This document shows positions 1 through 8,096 of a DNA stretch of 35,464 nt, piece after piece. Under the pieces are notes generated by a model. That model saw only the letters and a list, made by a program, of their open reading frames with translations, ran no database searches and was not told the origin of the DNA. The translations under genes were made by a program, and so were the position numbers. The stretch is taken from positions 21,730 through 57,193 of the forward strand of contig MHFM01000009.1 in the NCBI GenBank assembly GCA_001804205.1. The letters run 5' to 3'. Source of the DNA: Omnitrophica bacterium RIFCSPLOWO2_01_FULL_45_10b. GTDB lineage: Bacteria; Omnitrophota; Omnitrophia; Omnitrophales; Danuiimicrobiaceae. Position 1 is the first letter of the stretch, and each line of letters starts with the position of its first letter.

Positions 1-22
1 GATGGAAACAGAAGGTGGTGGG

Positions 23-1174
23 ATGATTTATCTCGATAATGCCGCTACTTCATTTCCCAAACCCAAGCGCGTTTATGAGCGCATGGATCAATTCCTAAGA
101 GAAGAAGCTGCTAACCCCGGCCGTTCGGGCCACAGTTTGTCGGTTGCCGCAGAAGCCCAATTGGTTCAAGCGCGAAGCCTTTTGGCTAAATTCTTTGGAG
201 CGAAAAGCGCGGAGCGAATTATTTTTACGCTCAACTGCACAGATTCTTTGAATATTGCCATCAAAGGAGCGTTGCGCGACGGGGATCATGTGGTTACGAC
301 CATTCTGGAGCATAACTCGGTGTTGCGGCCGATTCATGCGCTTGAAGCGGCTCAAAAAATCACCGTTACCAAAGTGCGCCCTTCAAAGGACGGTTTGATT
401 GATCCTCAAGAAATCAAAAAAGCGTTCCGAAAAAATACGAAGCTGGTGGCCATGACGCACGCGTCCAATGTCATCGGCGTTCTTGAACCCATTCGTGAAA
501 TCGGCCGTATCGTTCGAGAAGCCGGCCTGCTTTTATTGGTAGACGCAGCCCAAACAGCAGGGATCGTTTCAATTGATGTGGAGCGTGATTTCATTGATTT
601 GCTTGCTTTTCCGGGGCATAAGTCACTGTACGGACCGCCTGGAACCGGCGGACTTTATGTGGGAGAGCGCGCAAAATTAATCCCTTGGCGTGAAGGAGGG
701 ACCGGTTTTGATTCGGAATCAAAAACTCAACCCGACACACTTCCTTTTCTTTTGGAAGGCGGAACACCAAACTCAGTTGGAATTGTGGGTTTGAAAGAGG
801 GGGTTAGTTTTATTCTGCAGGAAGGTCTTGAAAAAATTCAAGCACATGAACGTTCTTTAGTGAAAAAGTTGCGTCAGGAATTAAAACAAGTAAGCGGCCT
901 AAAACTTCATGGAATTGATGACGTTACCAATTCGGTAGCACCGGTTTCTTTTGTGATTGATGGAGTTGAGCCGCAAGAGTTCAGCATTGTCTTGGATCAA
1001 TCATTTCAAATTGCCGTGCGTGCCGGCCTTCATTGCGCGCCCTTAATGCATGAATTCCTTGGAACAGCACCCCAGGGGAGTATTCGATTCAGTCCTGGTT
1101 ATTTCAATACGTTGGATGAAATTGAGCAGGCCGCGCGAGCGGTCCATGAAATTAAAAACCAAATGGTGGTATAA
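23..1174 (+). CDS. class V aminotransferase / cysteine desulfurase, group II (SufS/CsdA-like)
   Basis: ORF 2..1174. N-terminus MIYLDNAATSFPKP, PLP-lysine context FPGHKSLYGPPGTGG, active-site loop RAGLHCAPL. Start placed at ATG 23 because it follows the SD-like GAAGGTGGTGGG and homologs begin at MIYLDNAAT. ATG at 2 cannot be excluded because it is at the window edge. Confidence 0.85.
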   Translation: MIYLDNAATSFPKPKRVYERMDQFLREEAANPGRSGHSLSVAAEAQLVQARSLLAKFFGAKSAERIIFTLNCTDSLNIAIKGALRDGDHVVTTILEHNSVLRPIHALEAAQKITVTKVRPSKDGLIDPQEIKKAFRKNTKLVAMTHASNVIGVLEPIREIGRIVREAGLLLLVDAAQTAGIVSIDVERDFIDLLAFPGHKSLYGPPGTGGLYVGERAKLIPWREGGTGFDSESKTQPDTLPFLLEGGTPNSVGIVGLKEGVSFILQEGLEKIQAHERSLVKKLRQELKQVSGLKLHGIDDVTNSVAPVSFVIDGVEPQEFSIVLDQSFQIAVRAGLHCAPLMHEFLGTAPQGSIRFSPGYFNTLDEIEQAARAVHEIKNQMVV

Positions 1175-1296
1175 ACCCCGTTAGAGATAGGAAACGCTAG
1201 AAACGTTTCCGTAGCTGCTTGTAATGGGGATTTGATACTATAGGGTTATATTTCTTAATGATATGAAACTTACAGTAAACTTATCTCTAACGGGGT
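1175..1296. repeat. 122-nt element bounded by perfect 15-bp inverted repeats (ACCCCGTTAGAGATA / TATCTCTAACGGGGT); MITE-like or structured intergenic element
   Basis: IR-L 1175..1189 and IR-R 1282..1296 are exact reverse complements. TAAA lies on both outer sides. An inner hairpin GGAAACG-ctagaa-CGTTTCC lies at 1190..1209. The same arms recur as a tight hairpin at 22549..22579. Confidence 0.7.
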
Positions 1297-1301
1297 AAAC
1301 A

Positions 1302-1775
1302 ATGGATCAGAATATAATTTTAACTCCAGAAGGCTACGAACGTCTCAAGGAAGAGCTCCGGACTTTGAAATCGGTGAAGCGCATCGAAGTTGCCAAACAG
1401 CTTGAGACGGCGCGGGCGCACGGCGATTTGCGCGAGAACGCAGAATATGACACGGCGAAAGAAGCAAAAGCTCAGCTTGAATCTAAGATTCGCACGCTTG
1501 AGGAGAAATTAATGCGCGCGAAAGTGGTGGACACCAAAGACGCGCCATACGATAAAGTTTATTTCGGAACAATCGTTGAGCTAAAAAATAAGAAAACAGG
1601 CGATAAAGTCGTTTTCACTTTTGTCGCTGAGGATGAAGCGGATATTGCCAAGGGCAAGCTTTCGATTCAAACTCCGATCGGGAAAGCTCTTTTGGGGCAT
1701 GCGGTAGGAGAAACCGTGGAAGTTCGAGTTCCGGTCGGCATCATTCCTTACGAAATTTTAAAGATTTCCCGCTAG
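1302..1775 (+). CDS. greA: transcription elongation factor GreA
   Basis: 157 aa. N-terminal coiled coil LTPEGYERLKEEL...ARAHGDLRENAEYDTAKE and a C-terminal FKBP-like domain (ISIQTPIGKALLGH..GETVEV). Confidence 0.93.
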   Translation: MDQNIILTPEGYERLKEELRTLKSVKRIEVAKQLETARAHGDLRENAEYDTAKEAKAQLESKIRTLEEKLMRAKVVDTKDAPYDKVYFGTIVELKNKKTGDKVVFTFVAEDEADIAKGKLSIQTPIGKALLGHAVGETVEVRVPVGIIPYEILKISR

Positions 1776-1784
1776 AAACAAATT

Positions 1785-1793
1785 TGTTATAAT
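1785..1793 (+). promoter_or_regulatory. candidate extended -10 promoter element (TGTTATAAT)
   Basis: TGnTATAAT at 1785..1793 lies between greA and the next gene. No good -35 is seen. Confidence 0.3.
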
Positions 1794-1880
1794 ACGTCCC
1801 GGCATTGTACGGCAGAAGACAGAAATTAGAAAGCAGATAACAGGTTGTCAATCACACAATGCAAAGGAGACATGATAACG

Positions 1881-2255
1881 ATGAACCTATTGAAAAAGCG
1901 GGCCATTCATAACGTTCTTTTAGTTTCCCTCCTCTGCCTTCTGTCCTCCGTTTTCTATCCATCCCAGGCACACGCCGATTTTGGAAAAGGCCCTATTCAA
2001 AAATTTGGAAGAGGCTTCTTTTATATCTTTGCTTCTCCTTTCCAGATCCCCAAGGGAATGATTCAAACCGCCCAAGATGCAGAGCCGGTTTATCTGGCGC
2101 CTGTGAAAGGCACGATTGCCGGCGGCGGGATCGGCGTTTACGAATTTACCCGTCAATTGATTGCCGGTTTCTGGGATGTTTTCACTTTTGCCACCCCAGC
2201 CGGCCGTGATTGGGGCCCGTTGTATGAACCTTCCACTTTATTCCCAGAAACTTAA
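1881..2255 (+). CDS. small secreted protein, TIGR04073-like (exosortase system-associated family), paralog 1
   Basis: Signal peptide MNLLKKRAIHNVLLVSLLCLLSSVFYPSQAHA. KFGRGFFY...IPKG and GVYEFT...FTFATP motifs are shared with the ORFs at 3851..4309 and 12428..12796. Start chosen 10 nt after AAGGAGA; the track ORF starts at 1845. Confidence 0.65.
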   Translation: MNLLKKRAIHNVLLVSLLCLLSSVFYPSQAHADFGKGPIQKFGRGFFYIFASPFQIPKGMIQTAQDAEPVYLAPVKGTIAGGGIGVYEFTRQLIAGFWDVFTFATPAGRDWGPLYEPSTLFPET

Positions 2256-2286
2256 AAACAGCTAAGTGCACCACATAGAAATACGT

Positions 2287-3468
2287 ATGAGAATTCATCC
2301 CGCCGTCGTTTTTCTCGCCGCTCTTCTTATCTTTGGGGTCCCTTCCGTTCAAGCGAAAGAAAACTCGTGGGAACAACATCTGAACCGCTCCGAAACTTTT
2401 TATCAAATGGGAAAATATGCAGAGGGAATTAATGAAGCCAAAGAAGCGCTTGCAGTTGCTGAGAAACAATTTGGACAAGATCGCCCTGAAATTGCGCAGT
2501 CGCTAAGCAATTTAGCCAGATTTCACAAGATCCAAAGTGATTATCGTGAAGCCGAGCTTCTTATAAAGAAATCTTTGGAAATACGCGAAAAAGCTTTTGG
2601 TCCTGATCATCCTGAAGTGGCAAATTCCCTCAATAATTTAGCAGGTCTTTATCACTCCCAAGGGAAATATACCGAAGCAGAACCTCTGTACCAGCGTGCA
2701 CTGCAAATATGGGAAGGGGCTTTAAATTTTGATCACCCCACCGTTGCCGGATGCTTAAATAATTTGGCCGAACTTTATCGCGCACAAGGCAGATATACGG
2801 ATGCCGAACCGCTTTACAGACGGACGTTGAGCATTTGGGAAAAAACAATGGGTTCAGAGCACCCTTATGTGGGCGGTGTTTTGAATAATTTGGGTGAGCT
2901 TTACAAAGCTCAGGGAGCTTATGTTGCGGCTGAGCCTCTTTTGGAACGGTCGTTGAAAATCTGGGAGAAAAATTTAGGGCATTATCATCCCGACGTGGCC
3001 CAGTCTCTCAACAATTTGGGTGAGCTTTATTTTGCCCAGAAAAACTACCAAAAAGCCGAGTCTTTATTTAAAGGTTCCTTGGCCATACGCGAAAAAGTAC
3101 TTGGAAAAGATCATCCCGATGCGGCGCAATCGCTCAATAATTTAGCCGTGCTTTATGAAACGCAAGGCGATCTTGATGAAGCCGAATCTTTATTTAAACG
3201 TGCCTTGGCGATTCGAGAAAAAACATTAGGTCCGGTTCATCCTGATTTAGCGACTTCTTTAAATGATCTTGCTAATCTTTATCATTCCCAAAGCAGATAT
3301 TCAGACGCCGAACCTCTTTACAAACGCGCCATTGAAATTATGGGAAAAGTTTTAGGGCCCGATCATCCGCATGTTGAAACCACCATGGAAAATCTTGCCG
3401 CACTTTATGAAACGCAAGGCAAGTATCCCGAAGCTCAAGCCCTTCGCACGCAGCTTGAGCGGCAGTAA
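2287..3468 (+). CDS. secreted tetratricopeptide repeat protein (kinesin-light-chain-type TPR_10/12 repeats)
   Basis: Signal peptide MRIHPAVVFLAALLIFGVPSVQA, followed by about 8 tandem 42-aa units of the form A.SLNNLA.LY..QG.Y..AEPLY.R.L.I.EK.LG.DHP. The start (2287 versus GTG 2266) is uncertain because no SD is visible. Confidence 0.85.
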   Translation: MRIHPAVVFLAALLIFGVPSVQAKENSWEQHLNRSETFYQMGKYAEGINEAKEALAVAEKQFGQDRPEIAQSLSNLARFHKIQSDYREAELLIKKSLEIREKAFGPDHPEVANSLNNLAGLYHSQGKYTEAEPLYQRALQIWEGALNFDHPTVAGCLNNLAELYRAQGRYTDAEPLYRRTLSIWEKTMGSEHPYVGGVLNNLGELYKAQGAYVAAEPLLERSLKIWEKNLGHYHPDVAQSLNNLGELYFAQKNYQKAESLFKGSLAIREKVLGKDHPDAAQSLNNLAVLYETQGDLDEAESLFKRALAIREKTLGPVHPDLATSLNDLANLYHSQSRYSDAEPLYKRAIEIMGKVLGPDHPHVETTMENLAALYETQGKYPEAQALRTQLERQ

Positions 3469-3489
3469 CCGCTTCCTTAGATTTTTTCT

Positions 3490-3723
3490 TTATGCAGAAG
3501 CCTGGATTTGACGCCAGGCTTTGTAATTGAAGAACAGCTTTTCGCTTTGATTACTTTGACCTGAGTTTACCGGAGTTGATTGAAGACGGGCTTCATTAGA
3601 AGGTAAAAGGGATAATTTTTGTAATGGAAGTTGCCAGGGAATAGAAAAGGAAGTAAAGCCGTAAGAAACTAAACTCGCAAGAATTAAGATTCCGATACCC
3701 GCCACTCTTATTTGCTTCGGCAT
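3490..3723 (-). CDS. hypothetical small membrane-anchored protein
   Basis: 77-aa ORF. AGAGGTG lies 4 nt upstream of ATG 3723. N-terminal hydrophobic segment VAGIGILILASLVSYGF. No family recognised. Confidence 0.35.
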   Translation of the reverse strand: MPKQIRVAGIGILILASLVSYGFTSFSIPWQLPLQKLSLLPSNEARLQSTPVNSGQSNQSEKLFFNYKAWRQIQASA

Positions 3724-3802
3724 CAAGCACCTCTTTTTTTAGGAGGATTCTTAAGCCTTATCCGTATCGGCGATGCATCAGCAGTTCTTAATGGCCAAAA
3801 AT

Positions 3803-3841
3803 AAAAAAGGGCAGGCAAAATGAATTGCCTGCCCTTTTTTA
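3803..3841 (-). terminator. rho-independent terminator, bidirectional in form
   Basis: 10-bp stem GGGCAGGCAA (3809..3818) / TTGCCTGCCC (3825..3834) with a 6-nt loop. An A-run lies upstream and a T-run downstream. It sits directly 3' of the minus-strand gene 3851..4309. Confidence 0.8.
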
Positions 3842-3850
3842 TTGATGTGT

Positions 3851-4309
3851 TTACTTCTTTACGTATTTCATCCGGTCTTCGGAATCCGGCTTTGGTGATG
3901 GTGCTGGTTGATATACGGTTGTAGTTGGAGCGACGTAAGTTGATTCGGTAGTTTCTGCAGCAAGACAGTTTTCATAACTGCGGCTAACGGGAAGGCCATG
4001 GAAGTTGGGGATCCAAGAAGTCGCGACGTCAAGAACGCCTGAGGAAGCTCGGAGAACCGTACATACGCAGCCACTTCCGAATCCGCTGACAGCTCCCATA
4101 AATTCAGGCTTCATTTTTTTAGTGCCGGCTACTGTTTGCACGGGGATGTCTACAAAACAAGTTACGGCGTTAAAAAGACCGCGGCCAAGCATTCCCCCTA
4201 CTTTTTCGCCGTATTGATCGGAATTTGCCATTTCCCAAACATCTTTTGCCTGCGCTGTCATCGAAAAAGCGAAGCAAAAAAGAACGCCTAAAACAATTAC
4301 CTTTTTCAT
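3851..4309 (-). CDS. small secreted protein, TIGR04073-like, paralog 2 with Pro/Thr-rich C-terminal tail
   Basis: Signal peptide MKKVIVLGVLFCFAFSMTAQA. MLGRGLFNAVTCFVDIP and RASSGVLDVATSWIP closely parallel KLGRGIANAAFGWVEL and RTGTGVLEVATSPIP in paralog 3. Confidence 0.7.
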   Translation of the reverse strand: MKKVIVLGVLFCFAFSMTAQAKDVWEMANSDQYGEKVGGMLGRGLFNAVTCFVDIPVQTVAGTKKMKPEFMGAVSGFGSGCVCTVLRASSGVLDVATSWIPNFHGLPVSRSYENCLAAETTESTYVAPTTTVYQPAPSPKPDSEDRMKYVKK

Positions 4310-4366
4310 ACGTTATCTCCTTCGCGTTAGTGTGGTGGTATAAGTTTATAATTACCAACGAAATCT

Positions 4367-4396
4367 ATTATAGGTTCGTTAGAATGCGAAAATCAA
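4367..4396 (-). promoter_or_regulatory. sigma70-type promoter candidate for the 3851..4309 gene
   Basis: On the minus strand: TTGATT (4396..4391), an 18-nt spacer, then TATAAT (4372..4367), about 58 nt upstream of the ATG. Confidence 0.45.
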
Positions 4397-4407
4397 GCGA
4401 TTTTCAT

Positions 4408-5436
4408 TTAGATTTTTAACACGATTTTTCCAAAATTTTTCCGGTCGAGCATACGCTGATGGGCTTCACGCGCTTCCGTAAGGGGGAACGTGGAGTCAAC
4501 GACAGGTTTTACGCTTCCTTTATTAAGAAGTTCAACAGCTTTATTCAGTTCTTCGAGGCCACCCATGTAGCATCCCATTACTGCATGCTGGCGGACGAAC
4601 AGGAATCGAAGGTCTAATTGAACGGCCGAACCGCTTGTGGTGCCGCAGGTAACGAGCCGGCCTCTTTTTGCAAGGGCGGCAAGGCTTTTCAAAAATGTTT
4701 CCGCACCGATATGCTCAAGCACAATATCAACCCCTTGCCCTTGAGTTAAATCGCGGGCCCTTTTTCCGAAATCCGTTTTTTTATAATTAATCACTTCATC
4801 GGCACCCAGTTCCTTTGCGCGCTTTTCCTTTTCATCGCTTCCGACCGTTGTAATCACGCGCGCTCCAAACACTTTTGCGATTTGAATTCCGGCGCTCCCC
4901 ACGCCCGATCCAGCAGCGTGGACGAGAACCGTTTCTCCCTTTTGGAGTTTCGCTCGTGTGATGAGCATGTGCCAGGCGGTTAAAAAAACCAAAGGGCATG
5001 CGGCCCATTCTTCCCAAGAATATCGATCAGAAATGGGAATCAAATTTCTCACCGGCACTTTTACAAATTCAGCGTAACCGCCGTCGATTTGAAAACCGAT
5101 GATTTTATATTGATCGCAAAGCGAATCCCACCCGTCTTTGCACCAGTTACAGGAACCGCAGGAAATTCCGGGAGCGATAATGACATGCATTCCTTTGGAA
5201 ATTCCGGTTACGTTTGCGCCTATTTTTTCTACTTCACCTGAAATATCGCATCCAAGAATATGGGGGAGCGGAATGGGGACGCCCGGCATTCCTTGGCGGG
5301 TCCAGATGTCCAGGTGATTCAGCGCGCACGCGCGCACGCGAATGAGCACTTCATCAGATCCGATTTTTGGTTCCGGAACATCCGTATAAATCAGTCGGTC
5401 GATATCACCGTGTTCCTTGAAAATAATCGCTTTCAT
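4408..5436 (-). CDS. zinc-dependent alcohol dehydrogenase / medium-chain reductase family oxidoreductase
   Basis: 342 aa. Catalytic zinc region LGCDISGEV, structural zinc loop CGSCNWCKDGWDSLC, Rossmann motif VHAAGSGVGSAGIQIAK. Confidence 0.88.
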   Translation of the reverse strand: MKAIIFKEHGDIDRLIYTDVPEPKIGSDEVLIRVRACALNHLDIWTRQGMPGVPIPLPHILGCDISGEVEKIGANVTGISKGMHVIIAPGISCGSCNWCKDGWDSLCDQYKIIGFQIDGGYAEFVKVPVRNLIPISDRYSWEEWAACPLVFLTAWHMLITRAKLQKGETVLVHAAGSGVGSAGIQIAKVFGARVITTVGSDEKEKRAKELGADEVINYKKTDFGKRARDLTQGQGVDIVLEHIGAETFLKSLAALAKRGRLVTCGTTSGSAVQLDLRFLFVRQHAVMGCYMGGLEELNKAVELLNKGSVKPVVDSTFPLTEAREAHQRMLDRKNFGKIVLKI

Positions 5437-5523
5437 CCCCCACCAACTTTCGTTAACAGTTCAATTGGGTGAATCAAAAAATTTTTGAAATCAATGTATC
5501 CTTTTTTAAAAAGTTGGCGGGGG
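5437..5523 (-). repeat. 87-nt intercistronic element, copy A (14-nt terminal inverted arms)
   Basis: It fills the stop-to-start gap between the O-methyltransferase gene and the ADH gene. Read on the minus (sense) strand it is TGAT-CCCCCGCCAACTTT...AAAGTTGGTGGGGG-ATG. By hand count, 73 of 87 positions match copy B (8841..8927) in an ungapped alignment. Confidence 0.8.
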
Positions 5524-5524
5524 A

Positions 5525-6160
5525 TCATTTTATCTTATAAGCAACGCCGACTCCGTCTCGAATCGGCAGAAGCGTGGAAATAAAATTGCAATCGTTGAAT
5601 AACATTTGATTGAATTTTTTGATGCCTTCGGTTGCAGAATCGCCCTTTTTTTCAAGCACCTGCCCGAACCACAAGAGGTTATCTGCGATGAGAAGCCCGC
5701 CGGACTTGATTTTTGGCTTCGCCAATTCCAAAGCTTTCGGATAGGATTCTTTATCCATATCGATAAAAATAATATCGAAACTTTCTTTCGTTTGAGACAG
5801 AGCCTCAATGGCGTCGCCAACATGAAATTGAGCTTTACGAATTAAATTTCCTTTGGTGAAAAATTGTTTCGCAAGCTCTAAATTTTTGGCGGATTGGTCC
5901 GTGAGATAGATAATCCCGTCTTCGGGAAGGGCAAGCGCAAACCAAAAGGCCGAATAGCCAAAGCCCGAACCCATTTCGAAGATTTTTTTAGCCCCCGTCA
6001 TTTTGGCGAGCTGGTAAAGAAGTCTGCCGACAAGCGGGCCGACCAATGGAAAGTTGATTTTGTTGCCCCGCTCGTTCATTTCGGCCAAAAGCGGGTCTTC
6101 TACCGGGTAAAGGTTTTGAATATAGCGTTCGATTTCCGGAGAGGTAACAAGGGTTTCCAT
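5525..6160 (-). CDS. class I SAM-dependent O-methyltransferase (caffeoyl-CoA OMT / YrrM-like)
   Basis: SAM motif I EMGSGFGYSAFWFA, plus FDIIFIDMDKESYP and GGLLIADNLLWFG. Start set at METLVTSPEIERY (ATG 6160). The upstream 31 codons of track ORF 5525..6253 read into a repeat element. Confidence 0.85.
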   Translation of the reverse strand: METLVTSPEIERYIQNLYPVEDPLLAEMNERGNKINFPLVGPLVGRLLYQLAKMTGAKKIFEMGSGFGYSAFWFALALPEDGIIYLTDQSAKNLELAKQFFTKGNLIRKAQFHVGDAIEALSQTKESFDIIFIDMDKESYPKALELAKPKIKSGGLLIADNLLWFGQVLEKKGDSATEGIKKFNQMLFNDCNFISTLLPIRDGVGVAYKIK

Positions 6161-6169
6161 CGGAGCGAA

Positions 6170-6178
6170 ATTATAGCA
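6170..6178 (-). promoter_or_regulatory. extended -10 element (TGCTATAAT) placed 9 nt upstream of the ATG; possible leaderless transcript
   Basis: The minus strand reads TGC-TATAAT-ttcgctccg-ATG. No SD lies between the -10 and the start. Confidence 0.35.
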
Positions 6179-6215
6179 CCAGCTCCTTAAATTTAGTACT
6201 ATATTTAGGTAATTC

Positions 6216-6310
6216 GTCATTGTGAGGCGGCGAACCAGTCGAAGCCGAAGCAATCTAAGGTTCTGAGATTGCTTCGTCCCGCCGCCTTCGGCGGCAGTCC
6301 TCGCAATGAC
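6216..6310. repeat. palindromic repeat, GTCATTGCGAGC/GAAGCAATC family (RPE/REP-like), intergenic copy
   Basis: GTCATTGTGAGG...GAAGCAATC (6216..6255) is followed by its inverted partner GATTGCTTCGTC...CTCGCAATGAC (6267..6310), with an inner GCCGCC-ttcg-GGCGGC hairpin. It lies between the divergent O-MT and polX genes. Confidence 0.8.
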
Positions 6311-6324
6311 GAGGAGATAACTTT

Positions 6325-8043
6325 ATGGACAACAAAGAAATCGCCCAGATTTTAGAAGAGATTGCGGAACTGCTTGAAATTAAGGGCGAAAATCCGTTCA
6401 AAATCCGCGCTTATCATAATGGGGCACGAGTCATTGAAGGATTGGCAAGCGACATCGCCGAATTTGCCCGGTCAGGTAAATTGCGCGAGATTAAAGGCAT
6501 TGGCGAAGGTCTTGCCGAGAAAATTACGGAGCTCGTCAAAACCGGGAAATGTAAATATCATCATGAGCTGACCAAATCCCTTCCCGCCGGTATTTTAGAT
6601 TTGCTTCAAATCCCAGGGCTTGGGCCCAAGCGAGCCAAAGCACTTTTCGAGAAGCTTAAAATTAAAAGTGTGGCTGAACTTGAGCGGGCCTGCCATGAAA
6701 ATCGATTGGTGGATTTAGACGGATTTGGCGAAAAATCTCAGGCTAAAGTTTTAGAAGCCATTAAACACCACAAGAAGACAGAAGGATATTTTTTGATTTC
6801 ACAAGCAAAGGAGGAAAGCGAGAAATTTCTTCAGTATCTTAAGAAATCCAAAGGCATTTCCCGAATTGAAGTCGCCGGAAGCATTAGGCGTCACAAGGAA
6901 ATTGTCCATGATATGGATATTTTAATTAGCACGAAACGCCCCGCCCCAATCCATCAAGCGTTTACAAGTTATCCAGCCGTCGATCAAATTCTTGCGAAGG
7001 GCGAAACCAAGTCAAGCGTCATTTTAAAATCTGGAATTCAAGCAGATCTCAGAACAGTAAGCGATTCAGAATTTCCAAGCGCTCTTTATTATTTTACGGG
7101 AAGCAAAGAGCACAATGTAGCGACGCGTACGATCGCAAAACGAATGGGGCTTAAAATCAGCGAGTACGGAATTTTTAAAGGTACAAAACCCATTCCATGT
7201 AAGGATGAGGAAGCCATTTTTAAAGTTTTGGGCCTTCGTTATATTCCGCCCGAGCTTCGTGAAAATACCGGTGAAATTGAGGCAGCAAAAAAAGGACCGC
7301 TCCCAAAATTAATTGAACTGGAAGATATCAGGGGCGTTTTTCACGTTCATTCTACCTATAGCGATGGCACCGCTTCGCTTGAAGCCATGATTCATCATTC
7401 TGAAGAACTTGGTTATGAATATGTGGGGATTTCAGATCACTCGAAAACCGCCGTTTATGCCAATGGTCTTTCCGAGGCGAGGCTTGAGAAGCAAAATAAG
7501 GAACTCGATCGTCTCGAGCGAAAATTCAAAAAGATCAGGATTTTCCGCGGAATTGAATCTGATATTTTAGCGGATGGTTCCCTTGATTACCCGGATCGTG
7601 TGCTCAAGAAATTTGATTTTGTTGTTGGTTCCATTCATTCTCGTTTCAGCATGTCTGAAAAAGAAATGACCAAGCGTATCGCACGCGCCATGTCGCATCC
7701 GGCGATGACCATTTGGGGCCATCCGACCGGGCGGCTTCTTTTGGGGCGGGCAGGTTATGCGATTAATTACGATGCGCTTTTTGAAACTGCGGAAAAATAT
7801 GGCGTAGCGATCGAACTGAATGCCAACCCACATCGTTTGGATTTGGATTGGCGTTTTTGCAAAAAGCCAAAAGCAATGGGCCTCCGCTTCAGCATCAATC
7901 CCGATGCCCATAGCCTTGACGGTTTAAGCGATGTGGCCTATGGTGTGGGTATTGCGCGAAAAGGTTGGCTTGAGAAAAATGATGCGCTTAATACAATGTC
8001 CGTTTTGGAAGTAGAAAAATACTTGCGAGGCCGTAAAAAATGA
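6325..8043 (+). CDS. polX: family X DNA polymerase with C-terminal PHP phosphoesterase domain (PolX)
   Basis: 572 aa. N-terminus NKEIAQILEEIAELLEIKGENPFKIRAYHNGARVIE, HhH motifs (IKGIGEGLAEKI, IPGLGPKRA), catalytic GSIRR.KE.VHDMDIL, PHP motifs HVHSTYSDG and NPDAH. Confidence 0.93.
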   Translation: MDNKEIAQILEEIAELLEIKGENPFKIRAYHNGARVIEGLASDIAEFARSGKLREIKGIGEGLAEKITELVKTGKCKYHHELTKSLPAGILDLLQIPGLGPKRAKALFEKLKIKSVAELERACHENRLVDLDGFGEKSQAKVLEAIKHHKKTEGYFLISQAKEESEKFLQYLKKSKGISRIEVAGSIRRHKEIVHDMDILISTKRPAPIHQAFTSYPAVDQILAKGETKSSVILKSGIQADLRTVSDSEFPSALYYFTGSKEHNVATRTIAKRMGLKISEYGIFKGTKPIPCKDEEAIFKVLGLRYIPPELRENTGEIEAAKKGPLPKLIELEDIRGVFHVHSTYSDGTASLEAMIHHSEELGYEYVGISDHSKTAVYANGLSEARLEKQNKELDRLERKFKKIRIFRGIESDILADGSLDYPDRVLKKFDFVVGSIHSRFSMSEKEMTKRIARAMSHPAMTIWGHPTGRLLLGRAGYAINYDALFETAEKYGVAIELNANPHRLDLDWRFCKKPKAMGLRFSINPDAHSLDGLSDVAYGVGIARKGWLEKNDALNTMSVLEVEKYLRGRKK

Positions 8044-8060
8044 TTCCATCACCTCCTTGC

Positions 8061-8088
8061 GCGCCGCTTTTAAGCGGCGCCTTTTCTC
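8061..8088 (+). terminator. rho-independent terminator after polX
   Basis: Stem GCGCCGC (8061..8067) / GCGGCGC (8074..8080), loop TTTTAA, then CTTTTCTC. Confidence 0.6.
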
Positions 8089-8096
8089 AAGAAAAG

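Noticed and set aside
5525-6253. Long N-terminal extensions in track ORFs (5525..6253, 14735..16006, 16871..17644, 12865..13860, 24192..25430, 1845..2255, 2266..3468)
   Set aside because: The extensions run into repeat elements or upstream genes and lack SDs. Internal ATGs match the N-termini expected for the protein families or begin the signal peptides.
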